From Eledone cirrhosa (lineage: Eukaryota), in contig OZ024743.1 in NCBI GenBank assembly GCA_964016885.1, positions 150,226,001 to 150,290,000 on the forward strand: a DNA stretch of 64,000 bases, written 5' to 3'. Each line of letters opens with the position of its first letter. The stretch's first letter is position 1. The notes under the pieces are model-generated. The model was not told the DNA's origin. It searched no databases and saw only the letters and a list, made by a program, of their open reading frames with translations. Of the stretch, positions 47,651 through 59,699 are shown one piece after another. Made by a program: the position numbers and the translations under genes.

Positions 47651-49128
47651 AACGGTTGGAGTTAGAAGGCCAGAAAAATGCAGGTATGGATATAGAATAT
47701 AAATACAAGTCCAAAAGATATTGCTGACAATTAGTCTTTTCCCTTAAATTTATTTGAATATCCCTAATTTTCGAGATAATATCTCTTCTTCGGAGGGAAG
47801 TAAAGATGTTAAACCAGTGTTCTAATTAGCTTGCCAAGTCATGCTGACAGGAAATAGTATAGAAATTCCATTCTATTGCTAATGTCAAAGAATGAAGGTT
47901 AGGTGGATAAAGGGTTGTCTCCCTTTAAAAGGGTTTGGACATGTATGTCTAAGTGTGTGTGTGAGAATACGTGAAGGTGTAAGCATGCTTGTGTGTGTGT
48001 GTGAGTGTGAGAGGCTATGTTTATATGTAAATGTGGGGGCTAGATGCTCCATCATGTTAAAACTGGTCTATGTGTATGTGTGTGAGAGAATAAGTGAAGG
48101 TGTAAGTGTGCGTGTGTGTGTGAGATGGTGCATGGAGGTATAAGTGTGTGGTTAGGTTGCTCTATCATGTTAAAAATTGGGTGTTGAGTTCTAGTCTGTT
48201 ATTGATTGGTGGATGTGTTTTGTCTATAATCAGTGCTTCTTTAATTCTAAGATTGCCGAGGTTTCTTTCCTTAGCTTCTATCCTAACTATTATGTTTTTG
48301 TCGGTGTTTTTGCATTTCACTAGGTGTTTCTTAAATGAGGAAGCGTTAGTGTTGAGGTGTTCTTTTATTCTTATGTGGAGTGGTCTGGTGGTGCTACCTA
48401 TGTAGAAATTGCTGCATTTGTCGCACTCTAATCTGTATACGACGTAAGCCTGGTGGCATAGGTCTGTGTCGCCGATGGGGCAGTTGGCTAGCCTGCAGCG
48501 GCTGTCGTGTCTGGTGGAGTGTCTTTTGGTTAGCTGTCCGCGTAGAGAAGGTCCAGAGTGGGCCAGTTGGCTATATAGTCCCTCTCGTCTGATAGATCTG
48601 CAGATGGCTGTTGCTGTTTCGTAACTGAAGTGTGGGAGCTTCATGAAGCAGGTGTTAGTTCCTCGTGTGTGGTGTCCTCTGTTGTTTCTGGCACGGTGCG
48701 CAGTGGACGTCGGGTATCCGTTCAGTTTAAGTACTTCCAGGAAATGTGTGGTGTGTGTATCTCGGTCTCTTGCGTCGGTGCATTTGTTCTGGATACGTGG
48801 TAGTTCGTTCCTTATGTATCCGAACTTAGCGCTCTCTGGGAGGGCTGATCTGAAATGTACGAACGGGTCCCTGCTAGCAGCTTTTTTATAGAAGCAGGTG
48901 TGGATGGCCTTCCTCTGTTTCCCTGAGTTGGAAGTTCAATAGGGATAGGGATCCGCGGTCATCGAGGTGTTCCATGCTGAACTTTATATTGGTGCCCATG
49001 CTGGAGAATGTCATGTATATTTTATCCGCTTCTTCACGGGTTGATGCAAGGATGAGTATGTCATCTACATATCGGGTGAAGAAGGTATAGGAATGGCAGG
49101 TGTTGAGCACTCGGCATTCCAGCTGATT
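47651..49128 (-). mobile_element. 5'-truncated Penelope-like element
   Basis: FFTRYVDDILIL; ORF 48165-48644 GIY-YIG VVYRLECDKCSNFYIGSTTRPLHIRIKEH; HHR-like motif with CCGAAGA core at 47761-47798. Confidence 0.92.
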
Positions 49129-49163
49129 CATATAAGTGATGGCCAGCAGGCTCGAATGGCCCG

Positions 49164-49690
49164 AATTGCAAACGAATCAAATGTTATTATTTATATTCGA
49201 AAAACTCAGATTACGTTTATTGTATTCAGCCATGTAGAGCGAAATTTTCTTTTTTATTTGAATTTGGCAAAGCCGGCCATTTATCGCTCGTATACAAGAA
49301 ATTGACTGGCCAGTCTGCTGATATGCAAATATGGCTGATCAGTAGATCTGCTAATATGCAGATCTGACTGATCAGCCAGTCTGCTAATATGCAAATCAGG
49401 CCGATCAGTCACTGTGTATTTTTGAAAATAGCATATATTTTCACTAGCTCTGACAGTTTGGCAGGTGAACAGTGAGCTGTTCTGATGAAGGGTTATACCC
49501 AGAAACATTAGTGTCTGCAGTTTTGTTCGCATGCCAACATAAGAACAAGAATGAAGTGTTCATTCTACTGACATGGCTATAAAATTGAGGCTTGTTTGCA
49601 TAATTGTAAACGAATCGAATATTATTATTAATATTCGAAAAACTCAGATTACATTTATTGTATTCAGCCATGTAGAGCGAAATTTTCTTT
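49164..49690. repeat. Partial tandem unit (period 438 bp) with 33-bp internal repeats and a decayed HHR motif
   Basis: 49164-49252 matches 49602-49690; CTGATGA-A-GGG-TTATA-CCC-A-GAAA at 49482-49505. Confidence 0.7.
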
Positions 49691-49849
49691 ATATATATAT
49701 ATCTTTCAGAAGATCCCGTTAAGTGTGAAAGCAGCGATTCTTTGCTTAAATTTTAATCTGTTATTTTAATAAATATTTATATATATTTGATATATATTTA
49801 TCCTTATCGAGCTCTCTTTGGATTTTAGTCTTCAAATTTATTATTATTG

Positions 49850-49889
<40 letters not shown>

Positions 49890-49910
49890 ATAATAATAAA
49901 TTTGAAGACT

Positions 49911-49938
<28 letters not shown>

Positions 49939-49941
<3 letters not shown>

Positions 49942-50143
49942 GGGAAAATGTTTAACCCCGACGGCAGAGCTCAAGCCGTTCCGACGGCTATTTCTGGACT
50001 CAGAGTCCAGAAATAGCCGTCGAAACGGCTTGAACTCTGCCGTCGGGGTTAAACATTTTCCTATTACCCACTCTACTACTCTAAGTATTGAGTACTCTGG
50101 TGCGTTATGGTCCATCTGGTTCCTTACCACACTTCCTTCGTTA
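49939..50143. repeat. Hairpin-ended element, same family as 5302-5498
   Basis: Palindrome 49943-50061 plus shared tail. Confidence 0.85.
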
Positions 50144-50159
50144 TATATATATATATATA

Positions 50160-51420
50160 GAAAAAATTTACGAAATGGAAATGCGGGTATATAGAATTTA
50201 TTAGGTAACAATTGTTTCTATAGTGTATGAGTTACCTATACCTCGCTATTTGAATAATACACAAATATTATCAAAAACCGAAAGTACACTGTAAGCCAAC
50301 ACACCATGTCATCAGACCTTTGTATTAGAATAATATGAAAATATTTTATACACTAGATAAAAGATAAAGAAGGAGGTAGGAAGAGAAAGGGAAGAGGGAA
50401 GTGAGTAAGGTGGAGGGAGTCTTAGGGTTTAAGACTGTCAGACTAGTAGAGATTGTGAAGAGAGAATGTTTTGGCAGCAGTTAGCTTAATGAGGCGTGCT
50501 AAGGTTGGCTGGGAAGTAGATACTTCTAGTGGTGTTGTTCGGACAAAATTTAGTTAGAGGGGTCAAAGTGGTACAATGTCACAGACAAGTTATTAGGGCT
50601 ATTATAGTAGCAGGTTATTTCTAAAGGGGTCCAGAAAAACAGTGTTTAGTACTATTATTATAGAAAGCCATATCTAGTGTATAAACATATAAGACAGAGA
50701 TTTGCAAACGTTGGTGTAAAAAGGTAACATTATATGCATTTAAAAAAAGAAAAAGTCGTTTTCAAACGATGGTTACAGTATAGAGAACGTTCAATTTTGC
50801 TGTTCAAAAGTTTGTTTACCGACGTTAAAATGCAGTATATCTCTAAATTGCATAACTTGCAGAATCGATGATTTTGCTGATATGCAGGCGCAGCTGCAAT
50901 AATTTGCCAATCAAGGGAGAGCGCTTAATTGTTCCTCCGAAGCTGCCAGGCTTTATCGGCGAGGGTTGTTACGGAGCGCATTTTCTCGTGCCTGATCGAA
51001 GATCGATGTTGGTATAGGCGAGCCTTGAAAGAAGTTGCGGTACATCCGACGTAATACCATTTGTTGGTCCCGGAATTTATTGTACACCGGTAGACAATAT
51101 TGCATGCTAGGCACTGGTTATTCAGTGGGCACGTACCTGGTTTGGTGCAGTTACAACTATTTTTATGTTTTGCAGTAGAATCCTGGATAGTTTGGTGGGG
51201 TTGTGGTTGCGTGTTAGTGCGTTGCATGTTGCTATGCTGGTGCGCTGAGTCATTAGGGATGTACTTATTCAGTATTGCTGAGTTGAGTTTTCTAATTAGT
51301 TGTTCTATGTTAGGTGCAGTGGAGTATGAGAGTCTAATGGTGCGCGAGTTAAAGATTTTATAGTATTTATGTGAAGTTCTAAAGTGTTTATTGATTAGTG
51401 TATAGAATTGTGAGATAATG
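50160..51420 (-). mobile_element. Penelope-like element 3' portion (Neptune-like Cys linker + GIY-YIG)
   Basis: KIFNSRTIRLSYS, CNCTKPGTCPLNNQCLACNIVYRC..YYVGCTATSFKARLYQH. Confidence 0.88.
50203..50319 (-). ncRNA. Type-I hammerhead motif with long stem II in PLE 3' UTR
   Basis: AGGT-CTGATGA-C-ATGGTGTGT...ATACACTAT-A-GAAA-CAATTG-TT-ACCT. Confidence 0.7.
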
Positions 51421-51533
51421 CAGTACTCTTAGCATGAGTTTGCAGACATCATGTACATATGTGTGTGTGTGTGTGTGTGTGTTTATATATATATGTATAT
51501 ATGTGCGTGTGTGTATAAATATATATATTTATA

Positions 51534-51973
51534 TAGAGTGTCCGTGATGTTTGCTCTAATGAGCAAACATCACGGACACTATCTCAAAATTATTTTTGAA
51601 AAGCATTAGAAATGCGCAACCGGTAAAACTTAAAACCAAAACTGAATACTAACCAATACTATTACTAATTCTCACTTATTCCTAATTAAACTATTTTTCA
51701 CTGTGAACAATTTGTCAGCATTTTCTTTTCCGTTTACCAATATATTTATATATATTTGATTTATTGATTTTTTGATGTTTTTTTCTGAATGTCCCGAATC
51801 TTCCAGATCGCAATCTTTCGGTCGTACGGTTGATTATAGACTTGTTCTATGTGTGACGGTATTTTAACGATAGTTATAGCTCTGATTTATCTGAATTATT
51901 GAGCCCTCTGCCGCTCATATCGAATTTTGTTTATCGTGAACTCGTGCGCCGATTTTTCGATACTCGATTATTC

Positions 51974-51978
<5 letters not shown>
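51534..51978 (+). repeat. Unit made of a 5' fold-back hairpin, a U3:A8 HHR motif (mutated GCAA) and a tail homologous to the 2238-2429 repeat
   Basis: Hairpin AGTGTCCGTGATGTTTGCTC-TAAT-GAGCAAACATCACGGACACT; TTGAAAA-GCATT-AGA-AATGC-GCAA-CCGG-TA. Confidence 0.7.
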
Positions 51979-52037
<59 letters not shown>

Positions 52038-52747
52038 CAGGAGGCCGGACTGGTGAAATTCCTTCAAAGATTTATTATAGCAAACACCATGGTACATTTC
52101 AGTGGCCAGGTTCCGTAAGTTGCATAATAGTTATATAATAAAGGAATAATGGTAAACACAATCCAAGAGACTATAAAAAAAAACAGGAAAATGTTGTTGA
52201 CTCTAAGGCGATTAAGAAAGCTAGTTGTCAGTTTGGCTGATCACCTTTGAGTGAGGATTTTCATCAATTTTGTCTTACTGGTTTGGTCAGGGGGTTGTAT
52301 GTTTAGTATGCCTACAACTACCAACTGCCATTCACTGCTATTTGTACACATGCTAGTGGTAAAGGAGATCATGTTACAGAGAAAAATGTTCAGTTGGGGT
52401 CAGCCTAAAGTTCTATAAAAATATAATGGACAGGAGTGAATTCAGAAGTTTTAAGGTAAAATGTATATATATCTTTGGGTGTATATATCTATAACTAACT
52501 CTAAAATATCTTTGGGGTGTATATATCTATAACTAACTCTAAGACAACTCTACAAACCCATAAACAATATAAATAAGGATTTTTTTCAAATTTATCAAGC
52601 GTCTAAATTAAACGGCTTTTTTCAGGTTTAACGTTAACCTCATTAACATATATCCCTTGAGTTTTGAATTTTTCAATCACTATCTTCATTGGACTTATAC
52701 CATTAAGTTCACATGAAGATATGTCACTATCTTAACACCAAATATTA

Positions 52748-52808
52748 TATTTTATCTGACGAAAGCGTACTTAAATATTAGTACTCTTGAAATACGTATA
52801 ATAAAATA
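52748..52808 (+). ncRNA. Type-I hammerhead ribozyme motif
   Basis: TATTTTAT-CTGACGA-AAGCGTACT-TAAATATT-AGTACTCTT-GAAA-TACGTA-TA-ATAAAATA. Confidence 0.72.
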
Positions 52809-52984
52809 AATATAGTTTTATAAAGATATTTTCCATTTATTAATATTCTTAACATTAATGATACTCCAGATAAATTTTGTAGAGTGCTTCTAATCTGTTG
52901 TAAAATCAACTTTGTTGAATAATCAACAAACCATATAACATATATATATGTATATTCAGCCGGATGGCTGGAACAGGTAAAAGA

Positions 52985-53056
<72 letters not shown>

Positions 53057-53124
53057 GTTATTCCGGGTTGAATCGGAGGTAACCACAGTAAGTAAGGTAC
53101 TCAATACATAGCAGAGTATAAGTT

Positions 53125-53188
<64 letters not shown>

Positions 53189-53315
53189 ATAATAAATACA
53201 AAGACCAAAATCCGATAAGGTTTATATATATATATACAAGAAAATGATTTTTTTTTTTATATACAAAAAAACCCCAAAAGAATAAAAAACGAGATGTCTC
53301 ACACGGGTGAAAATA

Positions 53316-53518
53316 TAAGGAAAAGAAATTGAAAATGCAACTGGAGTTTTTAAGAATATTTATTTATTTACTTTACCGGTTTCACAGTTCTTATGCTTTT
53401 CAAAAGTAAAATTGAGATGGAAAGTTTGTGTTTCTGTTGTCGTTTGTCTCTTGTGAGACAAGTAAATAAATAAATATTCTTAAAAGATTCCAGTTGCATT
53501 TTCAATTTCTTTTCCTTA
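53316..53518 (-). repeat. Fold-back element (~57-bp inverted ends) containing a U3:A8 HHR motif at 53367-53410
   Basis: TTTACTT-TTGAAAA-GCATAAGAACTGT-GAAA-CCGG-TA-AAGTAAA on the minus strand. Confidence 0.75.
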
Positions 53519-54199
53519 CACACACACACAACCAGAGAGACAGACAGACAGGTGGGAGACACGGAGTAAAAAATGCAAATCAAACTAGAAATCCATATAG
53601 CTACCAAGATTAAGTCTAACGGATACACATTCCTCTAAAAATATGACTGAGCTCTCAATTTTGTTAATAACAGTGTATCGAATATCTATCTGATGTTATA
53701 TTCGTAGAATACCATTTGCAGTCAGATTTTATTGATGTCCAAGTCTACTTTCAGACTGACTGGTACCGATAACATCTTATCCATTTGGATACCAGCAGCA
53801 GCTTTAAGGGCAACGTGAAGAAAATGCAGTTGCTTACATCACTAAAATTCGGACCAATAATGTAGTGTGCCGTCTCGTCCATCTATTTATAATAAATGGG
53901 TGACAAAGGCTGATCCTACATTATCTCTTTACTAACAACCACTAGTGATTCAAATTGCTATTATATTGGCATTGCTGACAATAGTTTTCAAGCACATATC
54001 CCAGCCCGAAGTGACAGGTCGTGTCGATGCAATCCAAAGTTGCAGGCATCGCTGTACACAGCGTGGCAGTCATCCTGGCAGCGTTAACCACAGACATGGC
54101 AACAATAGGCAGTAGATCAGCTTTGAAGTATTTTACGGAGCAACTATGAAATCATCAATTCATTCATACATACACACACATGTATATAATGTGTGTGTG

Positions 54200-54282
<83 letters not shown>

Positions 54283-54857
54283 ATATATGTATATATGTAT
54301 ATATATACATTATATACATACTAATAATAATAAAAAGGATGAGGTGCTAGATCTTCATTACATTTATCGAGGTGTGACGCGCGTTTCGCAATTGATCAGC
54401 TCAAGTATGATCTGTATCCATCTGGCCTGACTCTCGAATCAAAAGCTCATCGGACTTCTGTTATGATAATGACAGAATGACTCCCTTACACTTTTGAAAC
54501 CGTACATATCAGTTTTCATTCATTTATGGTGGTCAATTTTACTTCATTTTGCTTGGTGGTTATATATAGCTTTTATTGGCAAGCCAAATACTGCCATATA
54601 GAATAGTGACCAATCCATTGATCACACCTTCAATTAGTAGAATTAAGCAGCTACAGCTTAGTTCATATCAGAACTACCACGAATTCAATAAACCCTCTCT
54701 TACCAACAGTCTCCACCAAAAGCGTGGAACTCATCTACCACTATGTACATTTGTTTTACTGTTCTGATACACTAAATACAGACATACACCAAAATACACG
54801 CACCTGATAGTTGCAGCTATGTTGACACATGTATGTTACATGCATATATTTTGGGCA

Positions 54858-55038
54858 TTTGGCAGTATCGGTAGAGGGTCGGACGCCATGCTTTCCAGCA
54901 TAGTTACGTCCCTTTACGATCTGAGTTCAAATCCCGCCGAGGTTGACTTTGCTTTTTATCCTTACGGGGTCGATAAAATAAAGTACCAGTAATGCACTGG
55001 ATAATTGCTGGCCTTGTGCCTAAAGTAGAAACAATTAT
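54858..55038 (+). mobile_element. tRNA-derived SINE, young copy
   Basis: GGCAGTATCGGTAGAG...GAGTTCAAATCCCGCCGAGG...AGTAGAAACAATTATT; a more diverged copy lies at ~56535-56755. Confidence 0.9.
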
Positions 55039-55930
55039 TTTTGATATCGAAAATGAAACGTCATATCATGTGTACATGCTTTGTGGTCGATAAAGTTTTT
55101 TAGTTTCTTTGATTTAATGATGAGTAGAAAATTTGAATAAATCTCTTAACTGTTATCACGCATTTTATTTTCTACAGAATTTATAGCTCTTTACAGCAGG
55201 TTGATAGTACGATGCAAATGATTTCTGGTTATTGAATGATAGGGTAAAGTTTAAGGATTTATTATCGGTTTATAATCGTATTAAATGCTTTTTAAACTAG
55301 AAAACAAGAGGAATTAAAGAAAATACTAATTTCTTTTGTTAAACGACAAATATAAACGATCGTAATCCTAATTGGTAGTTCATTAAATGAAATCGTTTAT
55401 ACAAATTTTCGATGGTTTGATAATGATTTTAATAACAATGATCAACAAATCAAAATAAACAATTTCTTTTTATATTGGTTATGCTCGTTGAAGTGTTTTA
55501 TTGTTTCTCTACTATTCAGTAACGATCTAAGGGTTATAAAATGAAGATATTAAAAAATTAGATTTCTTAATAACGACGTCTAGTTAAGGTTGCACATCTG
55601 TTAATTGAAAATTGTATTCACAGATGACCCTTAAAATGGAAGTATTTTTCAACTATTTGTTTTTTATATTAAGAATTTTGGGACTATACTTGACAAAGTT
55701 GTCTTGAATCGTTCTGAATTTCATTTCGTAAAAGATTTCTAAGTCAGGCACATTAATTTGTAATATCTTTTCTTGTGGTTTTTCCCCGTGTTTCAACCAA
55801 TACGATTGATCAAATTCCATATTAATTTAAAACAATAAAAAGGAAAATGTTACAATAGCTCATTGAAAAATAAATTGGTCTTTTAATGCAAATGTCTTTA
55901 TTTTCGGAAACGAAACATTTCAATTTGATT

Positions 55931-56503
55931 CACGGTTGCCAGATCAATGTCAAATAGAATAGCCCAAAGCGAACCCTTTTCTAAAAATTTGAAACTAATT
56001 CTATATGAAAGATGCTATCGGCTGGCTCGTCGAGAGACTTTGGTGCTCATAGGTGGGGGGAGAGTTTCTGGATGTTCTGGGTGGGTATTCTAATTAGCAA
56101 TAATTCTAGAGCAGACCTGCCAACCTCTAAAAAACCCAAACGGGGAGTACTATGAAAAAAAGTGCTTCAAAACGGGGGGAGTGAGCCAAAATTGGGAGGT
56201 TTTATATAACGAAAGTTATACACATTTTCACCTACCCCAAAGCGAGTGGGAGATCTCTCCGTCGGACGATATAAACATATCGTAAGTTTTTTCTAAATCA
56301 GAGGGTGCCGTCCAATGACTCACCACCACCTCGCATTTGCCACGAATCCACCTGTATGTTGGGTTTAATTGATAATTTAATAGGACTCCTAAATTTAAAA
56401 ATTAAAATTTTAAAGTAACAATAGGTTAAATAAATACTATAGTTGCGTACAGTCGAGAAAATCAACGTAATCCTGCTACTTGTAGACCAATCTGGTAACC
56501 CTG
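55931..56503. mobile_element. Decayed TIR element (CAxGGTTxCCAGAT ends) containing a nested partial MITE at 56112-56268
   Basis: CACGGTTGCCAGAT ... ATCTGGTAACCCTG; no TSD seen. Confidence 0.45.
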
Positions 56504-58469
56504 GTCAAGTTTCTAAATACAAAATACAACACTGAGGTTGTAGTGGGTAAGTAGTATCGATAGGATATCGGACATGCTTCGCAGCATAAAGTTACGGCCC
56601 TTTACGTTCTGATTTCAAATCTCGCGGAGGTTAGCTATGCCTTTCACCCTTACGGGGTCGATAAAATAAAGTACCAGTAACGAACTGGGGTAGATTTAAT
56701 CGGCTTTCCTTTCCCTCAAAATTGTTGGTCTTGTGTTTAAATCAGAAACCATTAATTAGCACTTAAATTATTAAACAAAATTAATCAAATAACATTGATT
56801 ACGATTCAGCAACAGAACGAATTACATACTGTCAATAAGTACAAATAATATATTAAGATAGACTCAAAAGACTTTATAGTTCTATTCAGCAGGGTAAAAA
56901 TTGTTTAGACAATATTGCCAAATTCCTCTGGCATATAAAAATTCAACGGTGGGAACTTAGCTAACATCAAAGAAATTAACAAAATTAATAACTCTTGAAA
57001 AAGTAATTTATCAGGTTTATTAAAATTTCAATTTAATATTAATTTTAATACGATGATAACTAATAAAAAGTAAATATCGACATATAGAGAAATAAGGCAA
57101 ATGTAATCGAAAAATATATTAACAGATAGCTATGTGTTTGCTGTAAAAAAAAAAAACATTGAATGCTCAAAGCGAGAGCCACCGTCTTGCTCAAGCACAC
57201 ACATGCTGTAATATAAAGAATCGATAGAAAAAAAAAATACTTAATACGAGATGTGGTGTTTTATATTTATTAGAAACTGAAAATTTCTTCAACTTGTAGT
57301 AACCTACATTCCGAGGGCTCATGGATACATTCTCTGCACGTTGTTTGGCTCAGTTCAGCCAATCGCTATCGGCGTATGAGAATGTATCTCGACTTCCGCC
57401 CAGAGGGAAAAATTACCGCGGCGATTCAAAAATCTCTCTTGCTGCTTTGGACTCTGAAAGGTCAACATGCAATTATGTGACGATGAGATTTTCACTTTGG
57501 CCTGTCGGCCTCCTTTGGCCCGGCACAGCGCCTTTTCTTTACTTCTTAAAACTCTTAATATTGTTTGTTCTTTTCTTTGACTTGTCAGCCCAGCTTAACA
57601 TTTGTGGTCGGTTGTAAATAAAGCTTGTAAAATATTATAAAGTCTCATAATATTTTCTACAAAGCCTACAATGAACTACAACTACTTCAACAAACATTCA
57701 CTGTATGACTAACTTTGCCTCTCTCTCACTTAACAAACGTTAGATTTCTCACTATAACAAATAACAACAATAACATATATTCTTTCTTATTAATATTATG
57801 CCATGTAGGCATAATATTATTTTTCTGCTAAACACTGTTCATGACAGTATAACGTTTCCGATATTCTAACGGCAATAAAGATTAGTGAGGTTAGCCAGTG
57901 TAGAAATATGGTTTTTCGTAGAAGAGAATTTGGCAAAAAGAAAAGCCAACGAAAATAGAAAATTTAATAGATATTGAATATTCAATGATGGTGGGTCCTG
58001 ATTGTACGCTGAGGAGGATCGTTGTGTTCCTGTATTTTGCATACCTAGATGACTATTATGTGAGAGTGAGTATGTGATTCGTATTTGCTTTCTCAGTGAG
58101 ATGAACATGAAATATGATGCAATTTACATTACAGAAAAGTCATCTCTTTTAGTCCGTTAATGGGAAACATACACATTATACACAACGATACAAAAATGTT
58201 ATCATATTTTCCCCTCCAGACCATTACTTGGCGCTGAGATGATTCGGGATGAATGAGTATGGAGGTTGCTGCGAAAGTTCATTCTTCTTCAAACAAGATC
58301 ATGCACAAGTCATGAATCCGGTCCAAATGGACATGAGCTTATTGAAAATATAAACAGTCGACGTTCCTTTCGTTTCGTCAGTTGGAGAACCCCGAATGTC
58401 TACAGCAGTGAAAAACCACCACTTCTGTAGTTTTCTAGCTTGTAAGAACGCCTGGAAGGTGCAATATAA

Positions 58470-58510
58470 CCGTGATTGGTTGGAATTCTCCAATACGTCA
58501 CGTGATCACA
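58470..58510. promoter_or_regulatory. Putative promoter motif cluster (two CCAAT boxes, CRE/E-box GTCACGTGAT)
   Basis: ATTGG at 58475, CCAAT at 58490, ACGTCACGTGAT at 58495-58506, within CpG-retaining non-repeat DNA. Confidence 0.3.
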
Positions 58511-58518
58511 CCCGATAT

Positions 58519-58718
58519 CAGACCTGCCAACCTCTAAAACCCCAAACGGAGAATACCGTGAAAAAAACACTTTTTTCACGGTACTCCCCGGAAATTAGGC
58601 AATTATGGGGAGATTTTAAATAATGAAGCTATACCCATTTTTACAAGAGAAGACATCTCTCACCTACACCAAAGTGGGTGGGAGATCTCCCTGTCCGACG
58701 GGGAGAGTTGACAGGTCT
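58519..58718. mobile_element. MITE with CAGACCTG(C/T)CAAC TIRs
   Basis: Terminal inverted repeats; homologous to 56112-56268. Confidence 0.7.
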
Positions 58719-59699
58719 GCGTCATGGATGTGGCACATTGTTCATGTCATGATCTTATCAATTACTGATGGACGACCACCAGGCACGATATATTGAATAT
58801 GATGTCCCTCCTGTCTTTCTAATTTTGCACAGACAACTTTCTATAGAGGAAAATACTGGCTGCTGTTTTAACGCCTTATGTGTTTTGGTTGATATCAATC
58901 ACCGTACTCCTTGCGAAGAATCCGTCTAAAGTGTATATTAATGATAAAGTATCTTATTCAATTGAAAGATATTTCTCTTCTCTACTAATAAAATCGACCT
59001 TCATTTGTATTAGTTCATGTAATCATAAAGCCGTTTACTTAAGAATCATGACACTAGAAAGAGGGAGGGGTTAGTGTTTAACTCAAGAAAGACAAAAGTT
59101 GTAAAGGAGTCTTAGTGGGAAGTGTACAGGAAAACATTCTAAATTACCTTGTTATTCGACCTGCTAGAAATAGTTCGCTTGATTGTGTATGAAAACAAAC
59201 TTTCTCAATTTTCCCTTCTCTACCATTCTTTACTCTCTCACACTCATTCTCTATCTATTTCTATCTTTCTGTTTACGACTCATCTGTCAATATAACTCTT
59301 TCCAACCTTTTTTCTCTGTCTTTTTCCATTTCTTTTTCTCAGATTTTCACACTCATCACTTCCTTAATGCGTCTCTCTTTTCCCTCTCTTCTTTGTTTTC
59401 TATACCACTATCGTTTCCCCACGCTCCCTCTTAAACACACATTCAGTTATATGTCAATCATACAACATTTAAGCCGCAAATACCCTGAAATAACCAAACT
59501 ATTACCGCCATTCTAATTTTTGAGCAGACGACGACCTTTTTCAGATGAAATCGGTAATTATTGGTTTATAGCCTTTTCTCTCTTGGTTGATGGCAATAAC
59601 CATCACCATATTCTTCACAAAGAAACTGTCTAACGTCTATATTAAAGGTAAAGTACATTATTAAATTCATTGAAAAATATTCAATGAAATCAAATTTAC

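Noticed and set aside
54858-55038. tRNA gene
   Set aside because: A/B boxes belong to a multi-copy SINE; no cloverleaf.
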